Shown here: positions 38,530 through 51,375 of the stretch, one piece after another
Layout of the letters: each line of letters starts with the position of its first letter
Numbering within the stretch: the stretch's first letter is position 1
Origin: Octopus sinensis
Lineage: Eukaryota
Assembly (NCBI RefSeq): GCF_006345805.1
Contig: NC_042999.1
Coordinates: 55,304,001-55,368,000, forward strand
Direction of reading: 5' to 3'
Length of the DNA stretch: 64,000 bases
The notes under the pieces: generated by a model
Databases searched by the model: none
What the model was told of the DNA's origin: nothing
The model's input: the letters and a program-made list of their open reading frames with translations, nothing else
Position numbers and translations under genes: made by a program

Positions 38530-39160
38530 TTAGCGAGAAGTTGAGGTTATTAGAGATAATGGTGTCATTGAAACCCAAAGGTGTCAGGTAATGCTGAGTA
38601 AGTGCTATAGACATACCATAGTTAAGTTCCAGATTCGGTAATTTTCCGAATAAAGGGTTCAACGTTGGTTCTATGTCAGCGTGTGTAGCTGTAAGACCTT
38701 CTATCTATAAGTGCTCTAATATCTATACAGCCTTGTTTTTTATTTATCTCATTACGCAAAAAAACTCATATATATATATATATGTAAAAAAATACAAACT
38801 GGGACAAGAACGCAAAACATGTCTGTGACGTCCTGTTTTTGTTATCATTGTTGTTATTATTATTATCATTATTGTTTTCACGTATTTTTGTATTCTTATT
38901 CGTGTAACATCGCCCGTTTTTCCGTCCTTGTTTTGTATACATTCGAGGCTTTCTTCCAAGGAATCTAATGCGCTTGGCTTAGATTTTCCTTTGGGGCTGG
39001 CCAGGTCGGAGCAGTCTCAAGATTAATCAGCCGAAATTACGAGGATGATCCGGTTCTTGACTGAAGATTGAAGGCTGCGAATGTCCCGTCCGTGTTTTTT
39101 GTATCGTCTTCTAAATGTTTTGCGTTCTTGTCCCAGTTTGTATTTTTTTTACATATATAT
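38530..39160. mobile_element. Patchwork of Penelope-type terminal remnants in both orientations
   Basis: 38530-38685 matches 15160-15300; 38686-38770 matches 15687-15770; 38785-38820 is inverted to 39115-39150 and matches 47190-47280. Confidence 0.6.
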
Positions 39161-39227
39161 ATATTTATAGCGGCGCCCGTACCCTTTTGGTCTTATATGT
39201 AAGTATATATATATATATCTATATATA

Positions 39228-39265
<38 letters not shown>

Positions 39266-39274
39266 CAGTGGTCT

Positions 39275-39580
39275 GTGTGAAAACGTGTGACTTAGTGGTT
39301 AGGGCATTTGGCTCACGATTGTAAGGTCATAAGCACGATGCTCGAGGACACGTTGTGTCCTTGAACAAGACACTTTATTTCACCTTGCTCCAGCTCACTC
39401 AGCAGGCAAAAAAGCGTTGTACTTGTAATCCAAAGGGCCAACCCTATCACGATGTCTCTCTTTGGGAAATAAGTTAAGGGTACCCGTGTCTGTATCGTGC
39501 TCATCTGCTTGTATGGCAATCAGGCTGTTCCGTTGATCAGATCAACTGGAATTCTCGTCGTCGTAACCGACGGAGTACCG
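39275..39580 (+). mobile_element. F3 SINE
   Basis: 'gacttagtggttagggcatttggctcacgat..gtccttgaacaagacactttatttc..gtcgtaaccgacggagtacc'. Confidence 0.8.
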
Positions 39581-39605
39581 GTTGAAAATTAATGTGTGTG
39601 TATAT

Positions 39606-40897
39606 ACAAGGTATCCCAAACAATGATACACGCATTGCATTATAAAGTCAGTGTTTAATAAAATACATTTCACTTTTATATAAATATAGTGACAGAATTT
39701 ATACTTCTTTTTTAGGAACGCCTGTTTTCAAACCGTTTGGCCATTCTGGTCCAGGCACTGAAGATAATGCGATTTATTTGAATCGCTAACATCAAAAGAA
39801 TATATCCTTCGGTATGTGTGCGCATTTGCTTTGAATGGCTGTCGTCAGTTCTTCGATTGTTGCCGGTTTTGTACATAAATTTATCTTTTATTAAGTATCC
39901 CCTACCTGCAGCAAAATGTCTAGTGATGTGAAGTCCAGTGAACACAGCGATTATTCTACTGAACCTTTTGTCTAACCCACTTGTATGGCAAAATCTCATC
40001 AAAGGAGGCCCTTACATTACTACGGTTGTGGTGGGGATGCTCCATCTTGCTGGAAATGGAACTCCATAGCTTCAAAATCCTCTTGAACGTTTGGCATTAC
40101 AGATGTCACAGCAAGTTCAAGCAAACGGGACCAATCACACTACCATAAAAAAAGAGAACTGCCCAATTAATATTTTTTATGATGAGCTGCATCATGCCGT
40201 AACTACTGGTAAATTAACATGATGTTCCTCTCTAATATGTAGATTTTAAGGTCCTCAGTAGGTGCAACTGAGGTAGTTAATTGAACCATTTCATTTAAAT
40301 GTACCCTCATCACTTCAAACAATCGTTGGTAAAATGTATAGATTCACATTTTCTAACACGCATCGCTCACAAAACTCCACTCTTTTCACACCGGATCATC
40401 TTCACTAAGAGCATGGAATATTCTTGCAATGAAACTTTTCCAATGACAGGGCTTCAAAAATATGATGGACGCTTGATTTCGAAATTCCTCTCTCAAAACT
40501 CATTTGTCACATAGAATTTCCTTCAACTTTGGTAATGCGTTTCTCATACTCTTTCTTGCTTTGTTAGGTTCGACAATATCCACTGTTTCCCGGAACGTTT
40601 CTCGTGGAGATTCGGAACTGTTCCATCTGCTTCAACCTTATCTCTGATTCAAGCGGTTTTAAATTGTTTCGATGGATCTGTTTGAAATTCTTTCCTCAGC
40701 TGTTTTTTCTTTGCATTTTGATTGCGTTTTGAACTTTTAGTAGCGTTTTAGAATAAAGTCTCTGTGGTTAAAAGCTTAGAGTAGCTCTTTTCGTTATTTC
40801 TAATGGGTTGAATCTAAAAAACAAAAACAACATTAAAAAAATTGACAGTTGAGTTAACAGCTGTGGAAGTGTTTATACATTTTTGGGGACACCCTGT
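39606..40897 (-). mobile_element. Decayed IS630/Tc1/mariner element (maT/rosa-like)
   Basis: Imperfect TIRs 'tacaaggtatcccaaacaatg' / 'cattttttggggacaccctgta'-like; minus-strand remnants 'RDKVEADGTV.N.HEKRSG', 'FQQDGASP', and a 'PD(L)T(P)LD..W' equivalent. Confidence 0.7.
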
Positions 40898-40949
40898 ACG
40901 TACACACACACAACACACACACACACACACACCACACACACACATACAC

Positions 40950-41130
40950 GCTTTACAACCGATGCTGGTGTGTTTACGTCCCCATAACTTAGCAGTTCGG
41001 CAAAAGACACCGATAAAATAAGTATTAGGCTTACAAAGAATAAGTCCTGGGGTCGATTTGCTCGACTAAAGGCGGTGCTCCAGCATGGCCGCAGTCAAAT
41101 GAGTGAAACAAATAAAATACTAAAACAGAA
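40950..41130 (+). mobile_element. F1 SINE 3' half
   Basis: Well-conserved F1 tail. Confidence 0.85.
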
Positions 41131-41157
41131 TACGCGCACACACACACACACACTCAT

Positions 41158-42320
41158 ATTTATTGCCAAATAAATTCGTTCGTTTCTTTCCGATGTTATT
41201 TGAATTAACACGAAAAATATTTCGCATCGTAGTTTTCTTTCTTTTCGTTTTTCTTCATTTTTTTATGTAGCTCTGTTCTTTCTCAACAACTTTTGTTTAT
41301 CGTTTTTGAAATTTGAATAAATTTTTCTTCTTTTTCAGACATTTGACGAAGGAGTGACAAGTCGGAAAAACAATCGGCATTTCCGACAACTACTTCACTT
41401 CGCTTTCAATCACGACACGAAAACTGCCAAAGCTGCTTTAAATATTTGTGGTGCTGTGTACAGAGAAAGCCCTATTGTTGAAGAAATGGTTTTCCTCACA
41501 CTCACCGCATTCCGGCCGATCGATTCAGCTCGTTCAGGATCGATTGTACGAACTCATCCACGAGGATCGGCGCAAGTTCATTGATCCAGCAGATGGAATA
41601 CTCGCATCATTGAAGGCGGTGAGCTGGCAGAAACGTTAGCACGCCGGGCGAAATGCTTAGCGGTATTTCGTCTGCCGTTACGTTCTGAGTTCAAATTCCG
41701 CCGAGGTTGACTTTACCTTTCATCCTTTTGGGGTCGATTAAATAGGTACCAGTTACGCACTGGGGTCGATATAATCGACTTAATCGGTTTGTCTGTCCTT
41801 GTTCGTCCTCTCTGTGTTTAGCCCCTTGTGGGTAGTAAAGAAATAGGAATACTCGCATCATACCGCTGCCTATTATCTTCATCCGAGAGATAATCCAACT
41901 GAAGCGAGCCGACAAGTGACATGAAGTGATTCTTCAACACGACATCGCTTACCCCTACACCGTTAATATGGCCAAAAGCGCCATTCAAGCGCCATTGGTT
42001 GTGTGCTTGTACTGCCCCAACTGTATTCGTCTACCATAAAGCCTTCAGATTATCACCTTTTTACGGTCGCTATTCGACATTCTGCAAGGCGTTACGTTCA
42101 CCAACAACGGGGAGCTGAAAACGTGACTCGATGAATTCTTCGGATCAAAACCCAATAATTCCAACCGTTAAGACGTTGACAAGCTAATGGCACGTTGGCA
42201 AGAAGCTGAGAACAATGAAGGAGAATTGACAGATTTGCTAAAATTGTTGACGAAAAATAAGGATTAACATAAATGGTGAAAAGAACAAAAACGAGCGAAT
42301 TTTGACTGAGAAACCAATGT
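41158..42320 (+). mobile_element. Decayed mariner (DD34D) with internal deletion and SINE insertion
   Basis: 'HFRQLLHFAFNHDTKTAKAALNIC', 'VILQHD', 'PSDYHLF', 'KLMARWQE'; weak TIRs near 41160 and 42290-42318. Confidence 0.75.
41613..41846 (+). mobile_element. F2 SINE inserted in mariner, 16-bp TSD
   Basis: TSD ggaatactcgcatcat at ~41595 and ~41846. Confidence 0.9.
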
Positions 42321-42385
42321 ATTTATAACCAGACATCAGTCACGAACGAATGTGACTTGTTAACACATACCACGAGTTTTCGGAA

Positions 42386-42606
42386 GGCGGTGAGTTGGCA
42401 CAATCGTCAGAACCGTTAGCACACCGGACAAAATGCTTTGCGGCATTTCGTCCGTCTTTACGGCCTGAGTTCAAATGCCGCCTAGATCGACTTTGCTTTT
42501 CATCTTTTCGGAGTCGATAAAATAAGTACCAGTTATGCACTGGGATCAATGTAATCGACTGATTCCCGCTCCTCCAAAATTGCTACCTCTATAACAAATT
42601 TGAAAT
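42386..42606 (+). mobile_element. F2 SINE (older)
   Basis: F2 head and body; decayed TSD 'cataccac..tttcg'. Confidence 0.8.
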
Positions 42607-43421
42607 CAACATACCACACTTTCGCTAATTTTTTCAGATGCCCGTGTAGTCACGAGCAAACACCACCTTCCCACTCTTGATCCAGTGAAGCATTAAAGAT
42701 ATGACAGCTTGAGGGAGAAAGGGCTGCAACAGCAACCAGGCTGGAGCAACAGGAAGTGAAGTGCTTTCATTCAGGGAGACATAACGCGTTGCCTAGTTCA
42801 GGAATTGAAGCGACCAACCTATAGCCATTAACCGAACAACCTAACCACTAAGCCACGCTTCTTCTCCACCCATTTAATACTCACTCAGTTGCAAAATGAA
42901 CCTCATGTTCACACGCCCACGCCTGCACCCATAAAAAAACTCTCGGAAAACTTAATGAAAAAACTTTACGATACAAACCGCGATTGCTTGTTTAGTTACT
43001 TTTCACATTGTTTCTAAGGTTGTTGCTGCTCGTTATTGTTGTTGTTGTTGTTGTTGCTGTGGTTGTTGTAGTTGTTGCTTTTACATTACGCTTTTTTTTT
43101 CTTTTGTTATATTTACATATATTTATTCTTGTCTTTCGGGTTTCTTTTTCTTTTCTTTCTTGTTTTCGTTTTTGTAGTATCTGGTGTTCTCATGTTTTTG
43201 GCGAATTCTTTGATGGAAGTGATATAAACAACAGTTTGGAATTACCATTGAAAGAAGACTGAACGAGGCACCGAAGAAATTCTTCGTGGAGAAAGATCAA
43301 GCGAAGAGTGGATGGTGGTTGTTTACACGGGTAGAGGCGGGGGAGTTCCGTATGTATGTGGGTTTTTCTGGGACTGTGTGTGCAAGTGTGTACGCGAGCG
43401 TGTGTGAATGTACATCGACAG

Positions 43422-43456
<35 letters not shown>

Positions 43457-43514
43457 TGAATGTATAAATACATTCACACACACACACATACACGCACACA
43501 CACATATATATATT

Positions 43515-43716
43515 CCTTTCTACTGGAAGGATAAGGCCTCAGGTTTGGGGGAAGGGATTAAGTCGATTAGATCGACCTCAGTACGCAACTGGTACTTATT
43601 TCATCGATCCTGAAAGGATGAAAGGCAAAGTCGGCCTCGGCGGAATTTGAACTCAGAACGTAACGGCAGACGAAATACGGCTACGCATTTCGCCCGGCGT
43701 GCTAACGTTTCTGCAA
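43515..43716 (-). mobile_element. F2 SINE
   Basis: Reverse complement of the F2 body. Confidence 0.85.
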
Positions 43717-43759
43717 GTTACCTTATGCTTTATATATACATACATACATACAAATATAT

Positions 43760-43850
<91 letters not shown>

Positions 43851-43904
43851 TATATATATATAAGATATATATAATGTATGCATGTATGTGTGTATATATA
43901 CATA

Positions 43905-44079
43905 ATATTTTACTTGTTTCAGTCAGTGGGTTGTGGTCATGCTGGATCATTGCTTTATAGTGTTTATCGGACAAATCGACCCCAGTACTTATTCTGTCGT
44001 TCTCCTTTGCTGAATCACTAAGTTATGGGAACATAAAGAAACCAACACCAGTTTTCAAGCGGTGTGGGGTCAAACAAAG

Positions 44080-44122
<43 letters not shown>

Positions 44123-44276
44123 CGACGGGCTTCTTTCAGTTTCCGTCTACCAAATCAGCTCACAATCTTTGGTCGGCCCGAGGCTATAGTAGAAGACACT
44201 TGCTGAAAGTGCCACGCAGTGGTACTGAACCCGGAACCATGTGGTTGGTAAGCAAGCTACTTACCACACAGCCACT
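43905..44276 (-). mobile_element. F1 SINE
   Basis: Reverse complement of the F1 layout. Confidence 0.85.
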
Positions 44277-44680
44277 TGTGTATATACACACATACACACG
44301 TATACTTGATCCCTTTATTAGACTGTGACTATACTAGGGTACCGATTCCAAGGATTTTAGTCGACTTTTTCGACCCCAGTTTTTATATTAATCTGTTTTT
44401 TATCGATATCTAATTTGCAAACCACTAAGTCAAGAGAGAAAGTGACACAATACAACCAGAACACCGATTTCTTTTTAGCCTGTGTAAGCACGATCATAAA
44501 GGCACACACACATGCATATATACATACGCCTCTTCCCAAACCACACACAATTACACATACACTCACACACTCTCACACATACATGTATATGTGTTTGTAT
44601 ATACAGGCTGCAGCAAAAAGCCCCGCCAATGTTCGCTGTTCTGAATGTGCAAAATATTAGAGATGTTTATCTGCTGCGCC

Positions 44681-44730
<50 letters not shown>

Positions 44731-44977
44731 ATACAACGGGATTTAGAACTGTTTCGTTTGCGAAATTCCACTCACATCAAGTACTGGTCAATCCTAAGAA
44801 AACACTTGTCCGAGGTACCGCGCAGAGAGATCGAACCAGAGACGCATCTCTACGTTTGTGCCTTTGTGTGTTGTGTAATATGTAACTCTATATGTAGATT
44901 TACATATATGTGTGTGTATGTCTGTCTACATGCATATGTACATAGACTTTTACACATGTGTCTACACGCCTCTGTAC

Positions 44978-45025
<48 letters not shown>

Positions 45026-45047
45026 ATATATATATATATAATATATA

Positions 45048-45078
<31 letters not shown>

Positions 45079-46192
45079 ATATATACATTGATGAGTGTGT
45101 GCATATGTATGTATACTTGTATTTACATTAGTTTATCCACCCTTCTAAATACTTAAAACACATGTACACTTTCATCTACAACAAATCTTAGATGTCTTTT
45201 CATTAAAAATAATTAAGTTTTAATTCATTAATTCCTTTAAATCGCTGTTAATTATACAACATTTCCCAGCTTTAAATTTTCACCGTTCCTACAGAAGCTG
45301 TATATGACATTATTCTCTGAGACTTCTAAGGTGGAGGGGTTCGAGTTTTGAGCTAGATTCTCAACGTTCCAATCTTGGAATCGGTGTTGAGTTGTAATTA
45401 AGGCGCCTTCACCAAAGAATGCCCATGAGTCTGTCAAAGACGAGCCAATTTATTTCGTTTCTTCCATAAACCGGAAGTGACGATTGCAGTATGCAATTGG
45501 TTGTAGTTTCGTATATAAAATTAATAACGTGACTCCGTAACCCAGTACCAGAACCGGAATGCTAAATCGAATTAGCGGAGACCTAAGAGTATTGGCCAAA
45601 ATGCCGACTCGCTTTGCTATGAGTTCGAATCCGGCTGAGATCAACTTTGTCTTTTATCTTTTCGGGGTCGATAAATAAAGTACCAATTCATGATGATGGA
45701 TTGGCGGAACAGTAAGAATGTTGGATCGGATGCCTTGCAATATTGTTCTCCTTTCGCTATGAGTTCAAATCCTGTCGTAGCTTGCTTGGGTGGTTGGCTT
45801 AACTCGTCGCCCGGTCTAACACTCCCACCTGACAACTTGGATGCCTTTTGCAAAATTCATTCTGTTTCAGGTATTGGGGCCAGCTTTCTGGTTTCAGAAT
45901 ACTCTCCTCCCTCTCTTCCCACAGTTTTGCAGGTCCTGTAAAGGGCTGTGAGAGAACCCATCGAATAATAAACAGCTACCCAACTGAGGTACCGTCCTGT
46001 TCTAAGCATTTGAAGATTATTTTGAAGTGCCAACTCAAAACAATTCTCCCATGGGTGCTTTACGCCTGGTCCAAATATAATTAATAAAGTCAAAGCTAAC
46101 CAATCGAGCCACGGCGTATGAGATTCCTTCAAGACAAACCATTGTAAGAATTTCGTACTTATTCACAACAGAAATCAACACACTCTGCCGAT

Positions 46193-46400
46193 AAGGCGAC
46201 CAGCTGGCAGAGTCGTTAGCACGCCGGGCAAAATACTGAGCGACATTTCGCCTGTCTTTACGTTCAAATTCCACCGGAGTCGACTTTGCCTTTGCATCTT
46301 TTCGGGATCGTTAAAATAAACACCCGTTGAGCACTAGGGTCGATGTAATCGACTTACCCCTACCAGTCCCCAAAATTGCTGGCCTTGTGCCAAAATTTGA
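46193..46400 (+). mobile_element. F2 SINE (older)
   Basis: F2 head and body; decayed ~22-bp TSD 'gaaa.ca..a.act.t.ccgata'. Confidence 0.8.
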
Positions 46401-47014
46401 AACCAGTATACTGTACCGATAGATTTCAGGTTAAAATGAAAGAAGAAGAAAGAATATTTTATGCAAGAAGCTCCATTACTAGGAAAGGTTGTTTAGATTT
46501 TCTGGCAATTGACGGGTGATTTGGTACAACTTGAGTAACACCCTTGGGTGTATTAGGTAACAAATATTAAAAAAATACAATTTCATTTCGCGACATGCTG
46601 TGTTATAGGTCGACTTTTGTCAAACGATATTAAGAGGATATTTTAACTTCAAAATTGAAATAATAAAATTAAATATTTTAACAATCTTAGGTCATTTTTT
46701 TTAATTTAGAAAATTCATTGATTTTAATTGATATAAAAAAAATGAATTTGAAGGTTCCTTTGCTAAGCCAATATCAAATTCGTCTTAAGAGACCCACCAA
46801 CAATACCATCTTGGGAATCATAGGGGGAAGTACATAGAGAATTTTATTTTTCTAACTCGTACGAACTTTGTATTTGTTCTGCAGAAATATTTATATTTGG
46901 AATCGAATAAAAAAAAATCTATCGGTTTATACTTTAAACTCATTTGCTACAAGTTATTAACGTTCACCTCAATATTCTTCCTGTAACGATAAATTTAAAA
47001 GTTCATAAATACAC

Positions 47015-47114
47015 NNNNNNNNNNNNNNNNNNNNNNNNNNNNNNNNNNNNNNNNNNNNNNNNNNNNNNNNNNNNNNNNNNNNNNNNNNNNNNNNNNNNNN
47101 NNNNNNNNNNNNNN
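47015..47114. other. Assembly gap (100 N)
   Basis: Run of n. Confidence 1.
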
Positions 47115-47140
47115 ACACACACATACAAATATTTATCGAA

Positions 47141-47189
<49 letters not shown>

Positions 47190-47307
47190 ATGTAAAAAAA
47201 ATACAAACTGGGACAAGAACGCAAAACTTTTAGAAGACGACACAAAAACATGGACGGGACATTCGAAGCCTTCAAGCATTTAATATTATTGTGGGGTAGG
47301 CCAGTTT

Positions 47308-47815
47308 ATGGGGTTACCCAGGGTTTCTCACTCATAAGGAATACCTTCAAACCCCAAACACTGCTGCCCTGAGACCTCTTTAAAATATGGAGGTGGAAAA
47401 CCTCGTTTTAAAGGGCAAAACTCTAGGCGATTATTTCCCTTTGTCATTGTCCATCGCTCTTCGGCCGCGCTGCCATCTTGCGGTTACCAAAGCACCATGA
47501 AAGTAAACGATTGTCTCCTTTCGGCTTTGGCTATTGGTTTCCGGTTATGGTGCCGCCCTGCAGATTCTAAAAAGCCAACAGGAATTTTTTTAATGCAAGT
47601 ATGGTCCAAAAATCTCCAGGAAGGAGATTTTCGGATGATGCTTGTTTTGGTGGCTGCATGATGGCAGCGCAGCTGAAGATCGATGGATAACGGCAAAGGG
47701 AGATAATCGCCTAGGGTTTTACCCTTAAAAACGAAGCTTTTCCCCCTCCATATTTTAAAGGGGTCTCAGGCCAGCAGTGTTTGGGCCCTTATGAGCGAGA
47801 AAGTTAGGATAACCA
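47308..47815. mobile_element. MITE with ~165-bp imperfect TIRs
   Basis: 47325-47490 is reverse-complementary to 47640-47805 ('aaacactgctg.cctgagacc.ctttaaaatatggagg..ctaggcgattat.tccctttg'). Confidence 0.8.
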
Positions 47816-47879
47816 CTTCGTTTAGGCATAGGGGGACTAATAACCTGGTGTTGAACTCAAAATATATATGGTCCAGAAG

Positions 47880-48112
47880 ACAATGTCGGATGAGTATAAA
47901 GTGGTAACAGGAACAAAGAGATGTCACCAGAGAAAAAAGGAAGGTTATGTTATGAATTTATTTGTATGCAGGTCGTTTTGCGGTTTTAGTAAGTCATCAG
48001 GGTCCTTGACCGCCTTTGATACTTTTGTATCATCAGGATAGCCGGTGAGAGTGGACAGTGTGGTTGAGGGCATGTCTGAAAGAGCCACCAAAAGCAGTAG
48101 TGGCCCACCTAT
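47880..48112 (-). mobile_element. CR1-like RT fragment, cut by Tc1 insertion
   Basis: 'GPLLLLVALSDMPSTTLSTLTGYPDDTKVSKAVKDPDDLLKPQNDL' (YADD motif mutated to YPDD). Confidence 0.75.
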
Positions 48113-48117
48113 ATATA

Positions 48118-49853
48118 CAGTTGCGGCCAAAATGTTCAGAACGGCATTGTTTTCGTCAGATAGTTTTATATTCTATAATTTTCACAGACAATAAATACAA
48201 TATTAATTGTTATTGTCTGAGATTTTGGTGTAATTTGAGAGGATAATACAAAAGTTATGGATGATTTAGGGATTTACGGCAAAACCCATGGCGGCCAAAA
48301 TGATCAGAACGGTTGAAAAAATAACAAAATAATCAAAAATGACAGAGAATACTGGTATTATTTAATATTTAGTGTGAAGCCCTTTAGCTTCAATAACACT
48401 CTGACATCTTCGACTGCATTAGGAAATTTAATTTTCAATTTCTTGCTGGGTGATCTTATTCCATTCTTCCCGAAGGGAATTCCATAATTGCTCAGTTGTT
48501 TTAGGATTTCTGGCTTTCGAACGTTCTCCTAGAATATTCCATACATTTTCAATAGGATTGAGATCTGGGCTTTGAGCAGGCCAATCCATAACAATAACCT
48601 TTTCAGCCTTGAGGAAGTTCATGACCACCTTAGCCTTGTGACATGGGGCATTGTCCTGCTTGAATATGGGTGGTCGCTTAGTTGAATTTCTCAGCACAGG
48701 CATGACATGATCTTTTACAAGTTGCTTATAAACTCCTGCATTTACCTTTCCATGTAATCGCACCAAAGGGCCCACACCATCTCCAGATATCATGACACTT
48801 AAAAACGAAGCTTTTCCCCCTCCATATTTTAAAGGGGTCTCAGGCCAGCAGTGTTTGGGCCCTTATGAGCGAGAAAGTTAGGATAACCACTTCGTTTAGG
48901 CATAGGGGGACTAATAACCTGGTGTTGAACTCAAAACCATGACACTTCCTCCATCGAATTTAACACTAGTCTTAAGGAATTTAGGCGACAATTTTTCACC
49001 TACTTTTCGACGAACGTACCTTTTCCCATCTGAGCCAAATAACATAAACTTAGATTCATCACTGAAACAAGCGTTTGCCATTTTTCTTGAGACGACAACA
49101 CATGTTTGGTTGCAAAGGTAAGACGACACTTTTTATTCTTGGAGCTGATCAGTGGCTTCACTGCGGGTGCTCTTGCTTGTAGGTCATGTTCAACTAAACG
49201 ACGAGACACAGTTTTTCGATATTAAGTTTTCTTCAATACAATGCTCATTTTCCAAGAAACAGCAGCAGCAGTTTTAAATCTGTCCTTTTTAACCAACTTT
49301 ACCATAGCACGATCTTCTCTCTTGGTCGTTTTTCTTGGCCTACCTGTAAACTTTCTTGCTTCACACGAACCACAATCATCGTAGACCTTAAGAATACCGC
49401 GTACAACACTTTTTGACTTGTTAACAATCTTTGCAATAGATCCAATACTTAAATTATCCTTCTTCGAAGCTTAATAATTTGCTGACGAATTGGTAACGGA
49501 GTAAGTGGCATTATATTAACAAAGTACACTGCAAATATTCTTACTAATGTTTAGTAAACGAACCGTCACGTAAACAAATTCAAAACATTAGAGTTCGCCG
49601 GTTAAATATACTAAAACACGGAGTAAAAGCAACCATTCTGATCATTTTGACCGCCATGGGTTTTGCAGTAAATCACTAAATCATCCATAACTTTTGTATT
49701 ATCCTCTCAAAGTACATCAAAATCTCAGGCAATAACAAATAATATTGTATTTATTGTCTGTGAAAATTATAGAATAAAAAACAACTTTGATAAAAAATTA
49801 TATCTACTTTTCTGATGAAAATAATGCCGCTCTGAACATTTTGGCCACCACTG
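48118..49853 (-). mobile_element. Full-length IR/DR-type Tc1 transposon (DD34E), decayed
   Basis: TA flanks; ~200-220-bp TIRs each bracketed by DRs 'ggccaaaatg(t/a)tcagaacgg'; transposase from ATG ~49511: HTH, 'GRPRKTT', 'FSDES', 'QDNAP', 'SPDLNPIEN' (34 residues between D and E). Confidence 0.95.
48798..48936 (+). repeat. 139-bp insertion copied from 47724-47862
   Basis: Appears base-identical to 47724-47862; splits the transposase between GGSVMV and MISGDG; flanked by duplicated catgacactt. Confidence 0.9.
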
Positions 49854-49874
49854 TATATATATATATATACTTTT

Positions 49875-50325
<451 letters not shown>

Positions 50326-50457
50326 GTATATATGTGTATGTATACACACACACGCGCGCGTATAGATAGAAAGATGGATAGATAGATTGTTAGATAGGTA
50401 GATAGATAGCAAGATAGGATAGCTATACACTCACAGTCGCACACTTTCATATACGTT

Positions 50458-50490
<33 letters not shown>

Positions 50491-50546
50491 TTGTGTGTGT
50501 ATGTGTCTGTGTGTGTGTGTGTGTGTGTATACACATACACGTACAC

Positions 50547-50633
<87 letters not shown>

Positions 50634-51009
50634 GAAACAGGTAGTAGGAAGGCTGATACAAATATGTTCTTGTACTTGAGAAATATGTATATATGTGTTG
50701 TGTGTATGTGTGTGTGTTTGTGAATGTCTATATATGTGTGTGTATTGTTAGAATATGAATAAGTGTCAAATACAGCGTGACTTAATATTATTCTACATTG
50801 TCTGACGGTTTCCCGCGACTTCTCGTCTAGACCCACTAATATCAGTGGCTGCCAATTCAAAACATTATCCAGACAGGACCACAGTCGAAGAAAACGCTTG
50901 CTATCATCTACAACGCTTTTCACACACACACACATACACACACACACACACAACCCACAACAACAACAGCAACTGCAACAACAACAACAAAAAAACAACA
51001 ACAACAACA

Positions 51010-51047
<38 letters not shown>

Positions 51048-51152
51048 GTATGTGATTGCGTGTGTCTGTGTTTTTTTTTGTTTCCGTATAACAATTATTG
51101 ATTCAAATCAGGATCTTTTCTGTTTTTTGGAAATTTTAAAAATTAAGTGAAA

Positions 51153-51375
51153 AATTTTTAATTTGGTGTATTGATTCAATGTTTCACGCTGAATCTGAGG
51201 GCCTAAATCGCTTGTTCCCGACAAAAAATTACTTGAAGTTACAGCGGTTAAAAGTTTGATAATTTTTATCAAACTTTTAACCGCTGTAACTTCAGGAAAT
51301 TTTTTGTCGGGAACAAGCGAATTAGGCCTTCAGATTCAGCGTGAAACATTGAATCAATACACCAAATTTAAAATT
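51153..51375. repeat. Near-perfect palindrome
   Basis: 110-bp arms, 5 mismatches by eye, 3-nt loop at 51263-51265. Confidence 0.95.
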
